DNA of 57,573 nucleotides from Nitrospirae bacterium CG2_30_70_394 (lineage in GTDB: Bacteria; CG2-30-53-67; CG2-30-70-394): NCBI GenBank assembly GCA_001873295.1, contig MNYW01000016.1, positions 1 to 57,573 of the forward strand. The letters run 5' to 3'. The translations under genes were made by a program, and so were the position numbers. Under the pieces are notes generated by a model that saw only the letters and a program-made list of their open reading frames with translations, was not told where the DNA came from and did not search any database. Below are positions 13,736 through 23,817 of the stretch, in pieces (position 1 is the first letter of the stretch; every line of letters begins with the position of its first letter).

Positions 13736-14980
13736 ATGGCCCTCATTGTCCAAAAGTACGGTGGCACCTCGGTGGCCGATTTGGAGCGCATCCGGGCGGT
13801 GTGCGACCGGGTGGCGGCGACGGTGGCCCAGGGCCACCGGGTGGTGGTGGTCCTGTCGGCGATGAGCGGCGAGACCGACCGTCTCGTCGCCCTCGGCCAG
13901 AAGCTCTCCGCTCGCCCCTCGCCGCGCGAGATGGACCTGCTCCTCTCCTCGGGGGAGCGGATCACCGTGGCACTGTTGGCCATCGCCCTAGATGCCGCCG
14001 GGATCCGGGCGCGTGCCCTCACCGGCCGCCAGGCGGGGATCTACACCGACACCGCCCACACCAAGGCGCGCATCGAGCGGATCGAGACCGCAACCCTCAC
14101 CCGCCTGCTGGACGAGGGCGGGGTTCCGGTGGTCGCCGGCTTTCAGGGGATCGTCGAGGAGGGGGGCGACTCGCGCGTCTCCACCCTCGGCCGCGGTGGC
14201 TCTGACACCACCGCGGTGGCCCTCGCCGCGGCGCTGAACGCGGACGTCTGCGAGATCTACACCGACGTGGACGGCATCTACACCGCCGATCCGCGGATCG
14301 TTTCCGATGCGCGCAAGATCCAGCGGATCTCCTTCGACGAGATCCTCGAGCTCGCCAACCTCGGGGCGAAGGTCCTCCACGTTCGCTCCGTGGAGCTTGC
14401 CAAGAAGTTCAACGTGCCGGTCCACGTGCGCTCCTCTTTCAGCGAGGCGGAGGGGAGCTGGGTGGTCCAGGGGGATGCTGCGATGGAACAGGTGGTGGTC
14501 TCAGGGATCGCGTACAGCCAGAAGGAGGCGCGGGTCACGGTGCGGGGGATCCCCGACCGGCCCGGGATCGCCGCCCAGCTCTTCGGCGCCCTCGCCACCG
14601 CCGGCGTGGCGGTGGACATGATCGTGCAAAGCGTCGGCGCCGCGGGCCACGCCTCCATCTCCTTCACCATCCCGGAGACCGACGTGCAGCAGGCGAACGA
14701 TACGGTCGCCGGTTTGAAGGAGGAGATGGCGATCGCCGCCATCGAGGTCGATCCGGCGATCGCCAAGGTCTCCATCGTTGGCCTCGGGATGCAGTCGCAC
14801 ACCGGGGTGGCGGCGAAGATGTTCGAGACCCTGCGCGCCGAGGGGATCAACATCCTGATGATCTCCACCTCCGAGATCCGCATCTCCTGCATCATCGCCC
14901 GCGACCAGATGGCCACCGCGGTGCGTGCCCTGCACACCGCCTTCGGCCTCGCGGTCGCGCCGGCGCTGGTCGGGCGGTAG
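13736..14980 (+). CDS. lysC: Aspartate kinase
   Basis: MALIVQKYGGTSV N-terminus, GRGGSDTTAVALAAAL, and C-terminal ACT domains. Confidence 0.9.
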   Translation: MALIVQKYGGTSVADLERIRAVCDRVAATVAQGHRVVVVLSAMSGETDRLVALGQKLSARPSPREMDLLLSSGERITVALLAIALDAAGIRARALTGRQAGIYTDTAHTKARIERIETATLTRLLDEGGVPVVAGFQGIVEEGGDSRVSTLGRGGSDTTAVALAAALNADVCEIYTDVDGIYTADPRIVSDARKIQRISFDEILELANLGAKVLHVRSVELAKKFNVPVHVRSSFSEAEGSWVVQGDAAMEQVVVSGIAYSQKEARVTVRGIPDRPGIAAQLFGALATAGVAVDMIVQSVGAAGHASISFTIPETDVQQANDTVAGLKEEMAIAAIEVDPAIAKVSIVGLGMQSHTGVAAKMFETLRAEGINILMISTSEIRISCIIARDQMATAVRALHTAFGLAVAPALVGR

Positions 14981-15059
14981 GAGCCCTCCGTTCGGCGAAC
15001 GAGGTCCCCACGGGTGGGCCGCGCAGGGCGCGGGTCGCCGGTGCCACCGGCTCCTACCC
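14978..15059 (+). terminator. Long hairpin starting at the lysC stop codon (possible terminator or processing structure)
   Basis: Perfect 10-bp inverted repeat GGTAGGAGCC (14978-14987) / GGCTCCTACC (15050-15059). No U-tract. Confidence 0.35.
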
Positions 15060-15230
15060 AGCGGGCGGGGGGGAGAGCGCGCCGCGGCTCCAAAACCGCG
15101 GTAGGAGCCGATTCCCCCCGGCGATCCCGGCACCACGGGTGGGCCGCGCGCGAGCGCGGGTGGGGAATCCGGGCGCGCGCGGGGTGGCCGCGGGGGTGAG
15201 AAGTCCGCCGGCCCGGTGCATCATGCGCGG

Positions 15231-16871
15231 ATGAGCCGCACGCCCAAGCCCGCCCTGCCGCCGGTGGAGCTGTACGACACCACCCTGCGTGACGGCACCC
15301 AATCGGTGCAGGTCGCCTTCTCGGTGGTGGACAAGGTGCGCATCGCCGAGCGCCTCGATGGTCTCGGGGTCCACTACATCGAGGGCGGCTGGCCGGGCGC
15401 CAACCCGCGCGACGGCGAGTTCTTCGAGCAGATCGCCCGCGCCCCCTTCTTCCGCGCCAAGGTGGTCGCCTTCGGCGCCACCCGGCACGCGAAGAAGCGG
15501 CCGGCGGAGGACCCGAACCTGGCGGCGCTGCTCGCCGCGAAGACCGCGACGATCACCATCTTCGGCAAGAGCTGGGACCTGCACGTGCGCGACGCCTTGC
15601 ACATCGACCTGTCGGAGAATCTCGAGCTGATCACCGACTCGGTTGCCTACCTCGCGGCGCGGGTGGAGCGGGTGATCTTCGACGCCGAGCACTTCTTCGA
15701 TGGCTTCGTGGCCAACCCCGACTACGCCATCGCCTGTGTGAAGGCCGCCGCCGCGGGGGGCGCGGCGCGCATCGTCTTGTGCGACACCAACGGCGGCTCT
15801 CTGCCGGACGCGGTGGGCACCGCCACCCTGGCGGTGCGCGCCGCCCTTGCCACGCCCCTTGGGATCCACGCCCACAACGACGCGGAGCTGGCGGTGGCCA
15901 ACACCCTCGCGGCGGTGGCGGCCGGCGCCACCCAGGTCCACGGCACGATCAACGGCATCGGCGAGCGGTGTGGCAACGCCAACCTCTGCTCGGTGATCCC
16001 CAACCTGAAGCTGAAGCTCGGCGTCGACTGTGTGAGCGACCTCCAGCTCGCCTCCCTCAAGTCGGTCTCCGCCTTCGTCGCTGAGCTTGCCAACCTGGCG
16101 AGCGACCCGCGCCTGCCGTATGTGGGCGACGCGGCCTTCGCCCACAAGGGCGGCGTGCACGTCTCGGCGGTGCGGTGCAACCCGCTCACCTACGAGCACA
16201 TCGAGCCCTCCTTGGTAGGCAACCACCAGCGCGTCCTGGTCTCCGACCTGGCGGGCAAGGGGAACATCCACATGAAGGCGGCGGAGTACGGGATCAACCT
16301 CGATGCCTCCTCGGAGGAGGTGGCGGGGATCCTCACCCACCTGAAGCAGCTCGAGGCGGACGGCTACCAGTTCGAGGGGGCGGAGGCCTCCTTCGAGCTC
16401 CTCGTCCGCCGCCTCACCGGCCGCTGGCACGACCCCTTCCGGATCCTCGCCTTCCGCACCATCAACGAGCGCTACGAGCACGCGACCGAGGCGATCAGCG
16501 AGGCCACTGTGCGGTTGGAGGTGGACGGCCGGATGGAGCACACGGTCGCCTCCGGCGACGGCCCGGTGCACGCGATCGACCGGGCCCTGCGGCGCGGCCT
16601 GGAGGGGTTCTTCCCGGCCCTGCGCCCGGTGCGCCTCCTCGACTTCAAGGTCCGGGTCCTGGCCAGCGACCAGGGGACCGAGTCCAGGGTGCGGGTCTTG
16701 GTGGAGTCGGGCGATGGCGAGCAGCGGTGGGGGACCGTAGGGGTGTCGGCGAACGTGGTGGATGCCTCCCTTGCCGCCTTGGTGGACGCCTTCGAGTACA
16801 AGCTCCTCAGCGAGGCGAAGCGGCGGGAGGGCGGCGGTGCGGCGGCGGTGGCGGATCCCGAGGGGGGGTGA
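15231..16871 (+). CDS. cimA: Citramalate synthase / LeuA-family 2-alkylmalate synthase
   Basis: LYDTTLRDGTQ, HAHND and a C-terminal LeuA-dimer-like domain. The lysC-cimA adjacency is known from Geobacter-type genomes. Citramalate versus isopropylmalate specificity cannot be decided from sequence. Confidence 0.75.
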   Translation: MSRTPKPALPPVELYDTTLRDGTQSVQVAFSVVDKVRIAERLDGLGVHYIEGGWPGANPRDGEFFEQIARAPFFRAKVVAFGATRHAKKRPAEDPNLAALLAAKTATITIFGKSWDLHVRDALHIDLSENLELITDSVAYLAARVERVIFDAEHFFDGFVANPDYAIACVKAAAAGGAARIVLCDTNGGSLPDAVGTATLAVRAALATPLGIHAHNDAELAVANTLAAVAAGATQVHGTINGIGERCGNANLCSVIPNLKLKLGVDCVSDLQLASLKSVSAFVAELANLASDPRLPYVGDAAFAHKGGVHVSAVRCNPLTYEHIEPSLVGNHQRVLVSDLAGKGNIHMKAAEYGINLDASSEEVAGILTHLKQLEADGYQFEGAEASFELLVRRLTGRWHDPFRILAFRTINERYEHATEAISEATVRLEVDGRMEHTVASGDGPVHAIDRALRRGLEGFFPALRPVRLLDFKVRVLASDQGTESRVRVLVESGDGEQRWGTVGVSANVVDASLAALVDAFEYKLLSEAKRREGGGAAAVADPEGG

Positions 16872-16872
16872 G

Positions 16873-17295
16873 GTGGCAGAGCTCTGCGAAGAGGGGCTGG
16901 TGGTCGCGGTGGCCGGGGCGGTGGCGCGGGTGCGCGTTGCCCGCAGCGGCACCTGCGGCAGTTGCGCCAGCCGCGGGAGCTGCAACCCCCTCGGCCTGGC
17001 GGAGGGCGAGATGGAGGTGGAGGTGGACAACCTTCTCGACGCCCACCCGGGCCAGCGGGTGGTCCTCGCCCTCGCGGAGCGCCAGCTCCTCAAGGGGGCG
17101 TTGTGGTTCTACGTCCTGCCGCTGGCCACCTTCTTCGCCGGCTACGGGCTGGCCGCGCGTCTGGGGCTGGGCGAAGGCGCGGCGATCCTCGCCGCCTTCG
17201 CCGGCCTCTCCCTCGGTGGGCTGGTGGTCTACGTCCGCTTCCGCTCGCATACGGTGTCCACCGCCTACCGGCCGCAGATGGTGCGGGTGGTGTGA
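16873..17295 (+). CDS. RseC/MucC-family (SoxR-reducing system) small membrane protein
   Basis: N-terminal beta domain with a CxxC motif (TCGSCASRGSC) followed by two TM helices. GTG start 2 nt after the cimA stop. Confidence 0.65.
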   Translation: MAELCEEGLVVAVAGAVARVRVARSGTCGSCASRGSCNPLGLAEGEMEVEVDNLLDAHPGQRVVLALAERQLLKGALWFYVLPLATFFAGYGLAARLGLGEGAAILAAFAGLSLGGLVVYVRFRSHTVSTAYRPQMVRVV

Positions 17296-17491
17296 GGTAG
17301 GCCGTTCGGCGCCCCCCCTCGTGATGGTCGGATCGCAGGCGCCAGACCGCCCGCCACCGGGGAGAAGCCACCCGGCTGGGTGCTGGGTTGCGCGGGGCGA
17401 GGGGGGTCACCCTTCACCACCGGGCGCGGTTGATCTTGCGAGGCGGTGGCCTCTATGGTCCCCCGCCGCGGCGCCGCCCCGGACCATTGCC

Positions 17492-20209
17492 ATGTTGCGC
17501 AGCCTATCGTTTCTCCTCCTTGCCACGACCCTCCTCGGGGCGGCGCCGCTCACCTACCCCCTCCAAGGGGGAGCCGGAGTGGCGCCGCTCGGTCGCTCGG
17601 CGCCGGGCGGCCTGACTGGGAGTCCGGTTGTAGTGCTCAAAGGCGCGCCCGAGGCGTTGCCCCTGGCGTTCGATCTGGTGGGCGAGGCGGAGGACGGGGC
17701 GGTGCGCCTCCAGTGGGAGGAGCGGCCGGCGACCCACGAGCCGCTCCTGGCCCCGGGCGAGGAGGTACCGGGGATTGCCGGCTACACCCTGGTCTATGGC
17801 CGCGATCCGGGCCCCCTCGACCAGCAGGTCGATCTTGGTGCGCGCACCGGGTACCGGGTCGGTGACCTGGAGAACGGCGTGGCCTACCAGTTTCAGGTGG
17901 TGGCGTACGACGCCACCCAGCAGGTCGTGGGCCGCTCGGATCTCCTCTCCTTGACCCCGCTCGCGGCGGCGGAGGTGCGCTCGCCGGTGGAGCGCCGTTT
18001 CGCGGAGGAGGCGGTAGGGCCGGGTGCGGACCGCGACCTCAAACAGTTTGGCTACGACCTGTTCGCCGCGTCTGGCAAACCCGTGGGGAGGCCGATCACC
18101 GCCCCTGCCGGCCCCGACTATGCGGTGGGGCCCGGCGATCTCTTGGAGCTCTTCCTCTGGGGCCAGGTGGACGCGGACTACGAACTGGTGGTGGAGCCCG
18201 ACGGCACGATCCACCTGCCGAAGGCGGGGCAGGTCTCCCTCGCCGGCCTCACCCTTGCCCAGGCGCGCGCGCGGATCCACGCCGCTTTGGCGCGCCAGTT
18301 CTCCGGTTTCGAGATGTCGGTGACCGTGAAGCGGCTGCGCACGGTGCAGGTCTACGTGGTGGGGGAGGTGGCCCGCCCGGGGAGCTACGAGGTGAGCGGC
18401 CTCGGCACGGTCTTCGACGCCCTGTTCGCTGCCGGCGGTCCGACTCGCCAGGGGAGCCTGCGCGCGATCGAGCTCCACCGCCTCGGCGGGACGAGCGAGC
18501 GGGTCGATCTCTACGCCTTTCTCATGCGCGGCGATCGCGGGGGCGACCTGCGCCTTGGCCAGGGCGACACGGTCTTCGTGGGGGTGGTCGGCGCCACCAT
18601 GGCGGTCACCGGCCAGGTGAAGCGGCCGGCGATCTACGAGCTCGCCGACGGCGAGTCGCTCAAGGAGGCCCTCGCCTTTGCCGGCGGCCTCACCGCCCAC
18701 GCCGATCCGCGCCAGGTGCAGATCGAGCGGGTGGAGGGGCAGCTCCGCCGGGTGGTGGAGGAGGTGGCGTGGGCGGAGGCGACGAGCGGCGACCATCCGC
18801 TGCACAACGGCGATTTGGTGCGGGTGCGTGCCATCTACCCGGACGTGGAGGGGAGGGTGGAGATCACCGGCGAGGTGAAGCAACCGGGGCGGTATCCGTG
18901 GCACGTGGGGATGCACGTCTCCGAGTTGCTCTCCAGCCGCGACCAGATCCTCCCCCACGGCTTCCTCGACTACGCCGAGGTCCGGCGGGTCGATCCGGTG
19001 ACCCTGCGGGAGAGCGTCCTCTCCTTCTCGCCGGCGCAGCTTCTGGCGGGGAGCCAGGGCGACGACCTTGAGCTCCTCGACCAGGACCAGATCCACCTCT
19101 TCGCGGAGAAGGATCTGGCGCGGCGCGAGTTCGTGGAGGTACGCGGGGAGGTGGCGAAGCCGGGTCGCTACCCGTACCTGCCCGGGATGCGGATCCGCGA
19201 CCTCGTCTACCAGGCGGGCAACCTCACCCGCGCCGCCTACCTTGGCGAGGGGGAGCTCACCCGCCTGCACGTGCAGGGCAGCGAGGCGACCACCGAACGG
19301 ATCTACTTCAGCGTCGGCGATGCCCTCGTCGATCGCGGCGACGCCGATTCGCCCCTCGCCCCCAACGATCAGCTCTTCATCCGCGCGGTCCCCGACTGGT
19401 CGGAGGCGCGGGTGGTGGAGGTGGAGGGCGAGGTGCGTTTTCCCGGCACCTACACCTTCCGCCGCGGCGAGCGGATCTCCGAGATCCTGACCCGCGCCGG
19501 CGGCTTCACCCCGCGCGCCTTCCTCAAGGGGACGATCTTCAACCGTGCCTCGGTGCGGGCGATCCAGGAGGAGCGGCTCCACGCCTTCATCCAAGAGCAG
19601 GAGCAAGAGCTCCTCCGCCAATCCGCGGAGGCGGCCAAGCAGACCCTCCAGTCGGGCACCGCGGCCGCCCTCCAGGGGGCGATGGCGGACAAACAGAAGC
19701 TCCTCGAGCGGCTCCGTGGCACCCAGGTCAAGGGGCGGATGGTGGTGCACATCCTGCCGGTGGCGGAGCTCAAGGGGTCTGCGTACGACCTCGAGCTGGA
19801 GGAGGATGACCGCATCGAGATCCCGCCGGTGCCGTCGTCGGTCACCGTCCTCGGCCGGGTCTACAACCCCACCTCGCTGCTCTTCGAGGAGGACAAGCCG
19901 GTGGCCTACTACCTCACCCAGACCGGCGGGGTGCGCGAGGACGCGGACGAGGACCACCTCTATCTAGTGCGCGCCGACGGTACGGTGATCTCGCGCGCCC
20001 AGCACCGGGTCGTCCGCTGGTGGTGGAGCCGCGGCGACCACCGCTGGTCGTCGGGCCGCTTCCTCGGCCTGCAGGTGGAGCGCGGCGATGTCCTGCTCGT
20101 CCCCGAGAAGCCGATCACCGTCGGCGGCCTGGCGATCGCCAAGGATATCAGCCAGATCCTGGCCAACATCTTCGTCTCCGCCGGCAACCTGAAGTTCCTT
20201 TTCCAGTAG
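17492..20209 (+). CDS. Polysaccharide export protein (Wza/Poly_export + multiple SLBB domains) with an N-terminal FN3-like domain
   Basis: Signal peptide MLRSLSFLLLATTLLGAAP. FN3-like block (GYTLVYG...YQFQVVAYD). Poly_export motif YAVGPGDLLELFLWG...DGTIHLPKAGQVSLAGLTLAQA. Repeated SLBB-like units. This is the C-terminal 905 aa of track ORF 16175-20209. Confidence 0.8.
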   Translation: MLRSLSFLLLATTLLGAAPLTYPLQGGAGVAPLGRSAPGGLTGSPVVVLKGAPEALPLAFDLVGEAEDGAVRLQWEERPATHEPLLAPGEEVPGIAGYTLVYGRDPGPLDQQVDLGARTGYRVGDLENGVAYQFQVVAYDATQQVVGRSDLLSLTPLAAAEVRSPVERRFAEEAVGPGADRDLKQFGYDLFAASGKPVGRPITAPAGPDYAVGPGDLLELFLWGQVDADYELVVEPDGTIHLPKAGQVSLAGLTLAQARARIHAALARQFSGFEMSVTVKRLRTVQVYVVGEVARPGSYEVSGLGTVFDALFAAGGPTRQGSLRAIELHRLGGTSERVDLYAFLMRGDRGGDLRLGQGDTVFVGVVGATMAVTGQVKRPAIYELADGESLKEALAFAGGLTAHADPRQVQIERVEGQLRRVVEEVAWAEATSGDHPLHNGDLVRVRAIYPDVEGRVEITGEVKQPGRYPWHVGMHVSELLSSRDQILPHGFLDYAEVRRVDPVTLRESVLSFSPAQLLAGSQGDDLELLDQDQIHLFAEKDLARREFVEVRGEVAKPGRYPYLPGMRIRDLVYQAGNLTRAAYLGEGELTRLHVQGSEATTERIYFSVGDALVDRGDADSPLAPNDQLFIRAVPDWSEARVVEVEGEVRFPGTYTFRRGERISEILTRAGGFTPRAFLKGTIFNRASVRAIQEERLHAFIQEQEQELLRQSAEAAKQTLQSGTAAALQGAMADKQKLLERLRGTQVKGRMVVHILPVAELKGSAYDLELEEDDRIEIPPVPSSVTVLGRVYNPTSLLFEEDKPVAYYLTQTGGVREDADEDHLYLVRADGTVISRAQHRVVRWWWSRGDHRWSSGRFLGLQVERGDVLLVPEKPITVGGLAIAKDISQILANIFVSAGNLKFLFQ

Positions 20210-20237
20210 GGACGCGGGCGCGGCGAGCCGCCGGTAC

Positions 20238-21272
20238 CTACGCCTGCGCCGCCCCCATCCGCCGGCCGCACACGATGGCCAGGGCGCGCAGCTCGTCCAT
20301 GAGATGCGCGAAGCGCTCGGGCTTGAGGGACTGGGGGCCATCCGAGAGGGCGTGCTCGGGGTCGTTGTGGACCTCGATCATCAGACCGTCGGCGCCCGCC
20401 GCCACCGCCGCCTTCGCCATCGGCGCGACGTACTGCCAGTAGCCGGTGCCGTGCGAAGGGTCGACGATCACCGGCAGGTGGGTCAGCCCCTTCAGGACCG
20501 GCACCGCGGCGAGGTCGAGGGTGTTGCGGGTGGCGGTCTCAAACGTGCGGATGCCGCGCTCGCACAGCATCACCTGCTGGTTGCCGCCGGCGAGGATGTA
20601 CTCCGCCGACATGAGAAACTCCTTCACCGTGGTCGCCAGGCCGCGCTTCAAAAAGATTGGCAGGCGGGTCTGGCCCACCTCCTTGAGGAGGGAGAAGTTC
20701 TGCACGTTGCGGGCGCCGATCTGGAGGATGTCGGTGTAGCGCGCCACCAGGTCGATCTCGCGCGGGTTCATCACCTCGGTGACCATCGGCATCCCCACCT
20801 CGTCCGCCACCGCGCGCATGATCTTCAGCCCCTCTTCCGCCAGCCCCTGAAAGGCGTACGGCGAGGTGCGCGGTTTGAAGGCGCCGCCGCGCAGGACCTG
20901 GGCGCCGGCGGCGTGCACCGCCCGCCCCACCGTGCGCATCTGCTCCGGCGACTCCACCGAGCACGGCCCGGCAAAGACGACGATCTCGGGCCCGCCCACC
21001 ACCACCGTCTCGGTTACCCGGATCTGGGTCGGCTCCTGCTTCGCCTCGCGGCTAGCGAGCTTGTACGGCTGGAGGATCGGCATCACCGACTCCACCCCGG
21101 GGAGGACCTCCAGCTCCTGCAGCGACATCTTGTCGCGCTGGTCGCCGATCGCGCCGATGACGTTGCGCTCGACGCCGCGCATGAGATGCGGGGTGTAGCC
21201 GCGCGCCGAAATCTGGTTGAGGACGTGTTGGAGCTGCTCCTCGCTGGCGCCAGCGCGCATGACGATGATCAT
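20238..21272 (-). CDS. aroF: 3-deoxy-7-phosphoheptulonate (DAHP) synthase, class I-beta with N-terminal regulatory domain
   Basis: [17 protein letters not shown]... (ACT-like domain) followed by FAGPCSVES...[13 protein letters not shown]...DPSH. This is the C-terminal part of the artefactual 1112-aa track ORF. Confidence 0.9.
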   Translation of the reverse strand: MIIVMRAGASEEQLQHVLNQISARGYTPHLMRGVERNVIGAIGDQRDKMSLQELEVLPGVESVMPILQPYKLASREAKQEPTQIRVTETVVVGGPEIVVFAGPCSVESPEQMRTVGRAVHAAGAQVLRGGAFKPRTSPYAFQGLAEEGLKIMRAVADEVGMPMVTEVMNPREIDLVARYTDILQIGARNVQNFSLLKEVGQTRLPIFLKRGLATTVKEFLMSAEYILAGGNQQVMLCERGIRTFETATRNTLDLAAVPVLKGLTHLPVIVDPSHGTGYWQYVAPMAKAAVAAGADGLMIEVHNDPEHALSDGPQSLKPERFAHLMDELRALAIVCGRRMGAAQA

Positions 21273-21398
21273 CGGTCTCTCCGGAAGGGCTGGGAAAAAG
21301 CAGATTGGTTCCGCGTGGGTGGGGGTGCGCCTTCTCTTTCGGCAGGATCGACTGTGGGCTTGCCCGGCGATCGCAGGCGGGCTAGGAAGCGCGCGGTT

Positions 21399-23630
21399 AT
21401 GCACCGCCGGCCGCCTTCCACACCAGACCTCTTCGCCCCGCCCACGCCGGCGGCCGGCTGCGTGGCGCGGGTGGTGATCCCGGCGACCGTCGATCAGCCC
21501 TTCGACTACGCGGTTCCCGACTCCCTGGCGACGGCGCTGGCGCCCGGGTGCGCGGTGGAGGTCCCCTTTCGCCGCCGCACGGTGGTCGGCTACGTGGCGG
21601 AGGTGGGGGTGAAGAGCACGGTACCGCCCGGCCGCCTGCGCGCCATCACCGCCCTCGCCGCCGCGGAGCGGTCGGTGATCCCCGCGGTCTTCGCCCTGTG
21701 TCGCTGGGCCGCCGCCTACTACCACGCCCCCCTCGGCGACTTTCTCAAGGCGGCGCAGCCGCCCGCCGCGGCGGGGGAGGGGGAGGCGACGCGCGCGTGG
21801 GTGGAGGCGGTGGCGGGCGGCGGGGAGCTTCTCACCCCGCGCCGGCGGGCGGTGTGGGAGGCGCTGGCCGGGGCCGGGCCGCTGCCGGTGGCGGAGGCGG
21901 TGGAGCGCCTCTCCACCACCCGCACCACGTTGCGAGCGATGGCCGCGGCCGGTGCGCTGCGCCTCACCCACCGCCCGCCGGAGGAGGGACCGCCCGCGCC
22001 CGCGCCCGCGGGTGGGGCAACCGCGGTCCGCCCGACCTTGACCGCCGAGCAAGAGCAGTGCCTCACCGATTTGCGCGCCGCCCTCGGCGATCCACTGGCG
22101 CGGCCGGTTCTCCTCCATGGGGTCACCGGCTCGGGCAAGACCGAGGTCTACCTCCGCCTCGCCGAGGGGGTGGTGGCGGCGGGCGGTCAGGTCCTCGTCC
22201 TCGTCCCCGAGATCGGCCTCACCCCGCAGGTGGCCGCCGCCTTCGCCGAGCGGTTCGCCGGCCAGGTGGTGATCCAGCACAGCGGCTTGGCCGCGGGCGC
22301 GCGTCGCGCCCAGTGGCGGGCGATCGCCGTCGGCGCGCGGCCCGTGGTGGTGGGGACGCGCTCCGCCCTGTTCGCACCGCTCGCCCGCCTGCGCCTTCTC
22401 GTCGTCGACGAGGAGCACGACCCCTCCTACAAGCAGGAGGAGCAGCCGCGCTACCACGGCCGCGACCTCGCCATCGTCCGCGCCCACCAGGCGGGCGCCC
22501 TGGTGGTCCTGGGGAGCGCGACCCCGGCCCTCGAAACCCTTCACCACGCCCACGCCGGCCAGTATCGGCGGCTGGTCTTGCGCGAGCGCGCCACCGGCCA
22601 GCCCCTGCCGCCGGTTACCTTGGTGGACATGCGCCGCGCGCTGGTGCAGGGCCTCTTCTCCGAGCGGCTGCTCACGGCGATCCGCCAGCGGCTGGCGCGC
22701 GGCGAGCAGTCGCTGATCTTCCTCAACCGGCGCGGCTACGCGCGCGCGGTCCAGTGCACCGCCTGCGGCGCTGCAATCGGCTGCCCGCACTGCTCCACCA
22801 CCCTCACCTACCACCGGGTCGATGGGATGGGGCGCTGCCACCTGTGCGGCTATCACGTCACCCCCTCCCTCGCCTGTCCGGGGTGCGGCAAGGTGGCCCT
22901 GCAGCTCGCCGGGGTCGGCACCCAGAAGGTGGAGGAGCGGCTCCACCACCTCTTCCCCGCGGCGCGGGTGGTGCGCATGGACCGTGATACCACCGCCCGC
23001 GCCGGCGCCCACGGCCGGCTGCTCGCGCGGATGCACGCGGGCGAGGCGGACATCCTCCTCGGCACCCAGATCGTCACCAAGGGCCACCACCTCGGCCGGG
23101 TCACCCTGGTGGGGGTCCTGCTTGCCGACCTCGCCCTCCAGCTCCCGGACTTCCGTGCCGCCGAACGGTGCTTCCAGCTCCTCGTCCAGGTCGCCGGCCG
23201 GTGCGGCCGGGAGGGGCCGGGGGAGGTGATCCTCCAGACCTTCCAGCCGGAGAGCCCGGTGCTGGCGGCGGTAGCCGCCTACGACTACGACGGCTTCGCC
23301 GCCCGCGAGTTGACCAGCCGGAAGAGCTTTGGCCTTCCTCCCTTCGGCCACCTGGTCCTGCTGGTCGCCGAGGCGGTGGAGGAGGGGGCGGTGCGTGGTT
23401 ATTTGGAGCAGGTGGCGGGGTGGTGGCGCGACCAGCACGGGGTGCGGACCCTGGGGCCGACCCCGGCGATGGTGGCGCGGGTCGCCGACCGCTACCGCTA
23501 CCACCTCCTCCTCTCCGGCCCGCGGTCGCCGCTCCACGCCGCCCTGCGCCGCTTCCTGGACCATCCCACCGCCCACCCGCCGCGCACGGTCCGCCTGAAG
23601 ATCGACGTCGACCCGCAGGCGGTGGCGTGA
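21399..23630 (+). CDS. priA: Primosomal replication protein N' (PriA helicase)
   Basis: Walker [17 protein letters not shown], and Cys-rich zinc motifs (CTACG...CPHCS...CHLCG...CPGCG). Confidence 0.9.
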   Translation: MHRRPPSTPDLFAPPTPAAGCVARVVIPATVDQPFDYAVPDSLATALAPGCAVEVPFRRRTVVGYVAEVGVKSTVPPGRLRAITALAAAERSVIPAVFALCRWAAAYYHAPLGDFLKAAQPPAAAGEGEATRAWVEAVAGGGELLTPRRRAVWEALAGAGPLPVAEAVERLSTTRTTLRAMAAAGALRLTHRPPEEGPPAPAPAGGATAVRPTLTAEQEQCLTDLRAALGDPLARPVLLHGVTGSGKTEVYLRLAEGVVAAGGQVLVLVPEIGLTPQVAAAFAERFAGQVVIQHSGLAAGARRAQWRAIAVGARPVVVGTRSALFAPLARLRLLVVDEEHDPSYKQEEQPRYHGRDLAIVRAHQAGALVVLGSATPALETLHHAHAGQYRRLVLRERATGQPLPPVTLVDMRRALVQGLFSERLLTAIRQRLARGEQSLIFLNRRGYARAVQCTACGAAIGCPHCSTTLTYHRVDGMGRCHLCGYHVTPSLACPGCGKVALQLAGVGTQKVEERLHHLFPAARVVRMDRDTTARAGAHGRLLARMHAGEADILLGTQIVTKGHHLGRVTLVGVLLADLALQLPDFRAAERCFQLLVQVAGRCGREGPGEVILQTFQPESPVLAAVAAYDYDGFAARELTSRKSFGLPPFGHLVLLVAEAVEEGAVRGYLEQVAGWWRDQHGVRTLGPTPAMVARVADRYRYHLLLSGPRSPLHAALRRFLDHPTAHPPRTVRLKIDVDPQAVA

Positions 23631-23817
23631 GGGGGGGTGGGGAGTAGGGAGTAGGGGGAGGGTGTTGGCGGGCGGCCGGCGTGGATGGTTTGGGGTCTCT
23701 TCCCGCCGTCATGGTCACCGCCCGCAGGGCCAACCTCCCCTATCCCCCACCCCCTACGTTGACGCTCCCCGTGGCCCTCTTTACCGTCCGCGGCGGCGGG
23801 GGGCAGGAGAGGTGGTG

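Noticed and set aside
15054-19957. 679-aa and 817-aa minus-strand ORFs (15054-17093, 17504-19957) and the 1344-aa reading of 16175-20209
   Set aside because: They are antisense to cimA and the exporter gene. Only the C-terminal 905 aa of the long plus ORF, from the signal-peptide Met at 17492, look like real protein. The N-terminal part overlaps cimA and the RseC-like gene out of frame.
20238-23630. Two ~1100-aa overlapping ORFs on opposite strands (20238-23576 minus, 20304-23630 plus)
   Set aside because: Each contains one real gene at one end (DAHP synthase 20238-21272, PriA 21399-23630). The remainder is the antisense shadow of the other gene.
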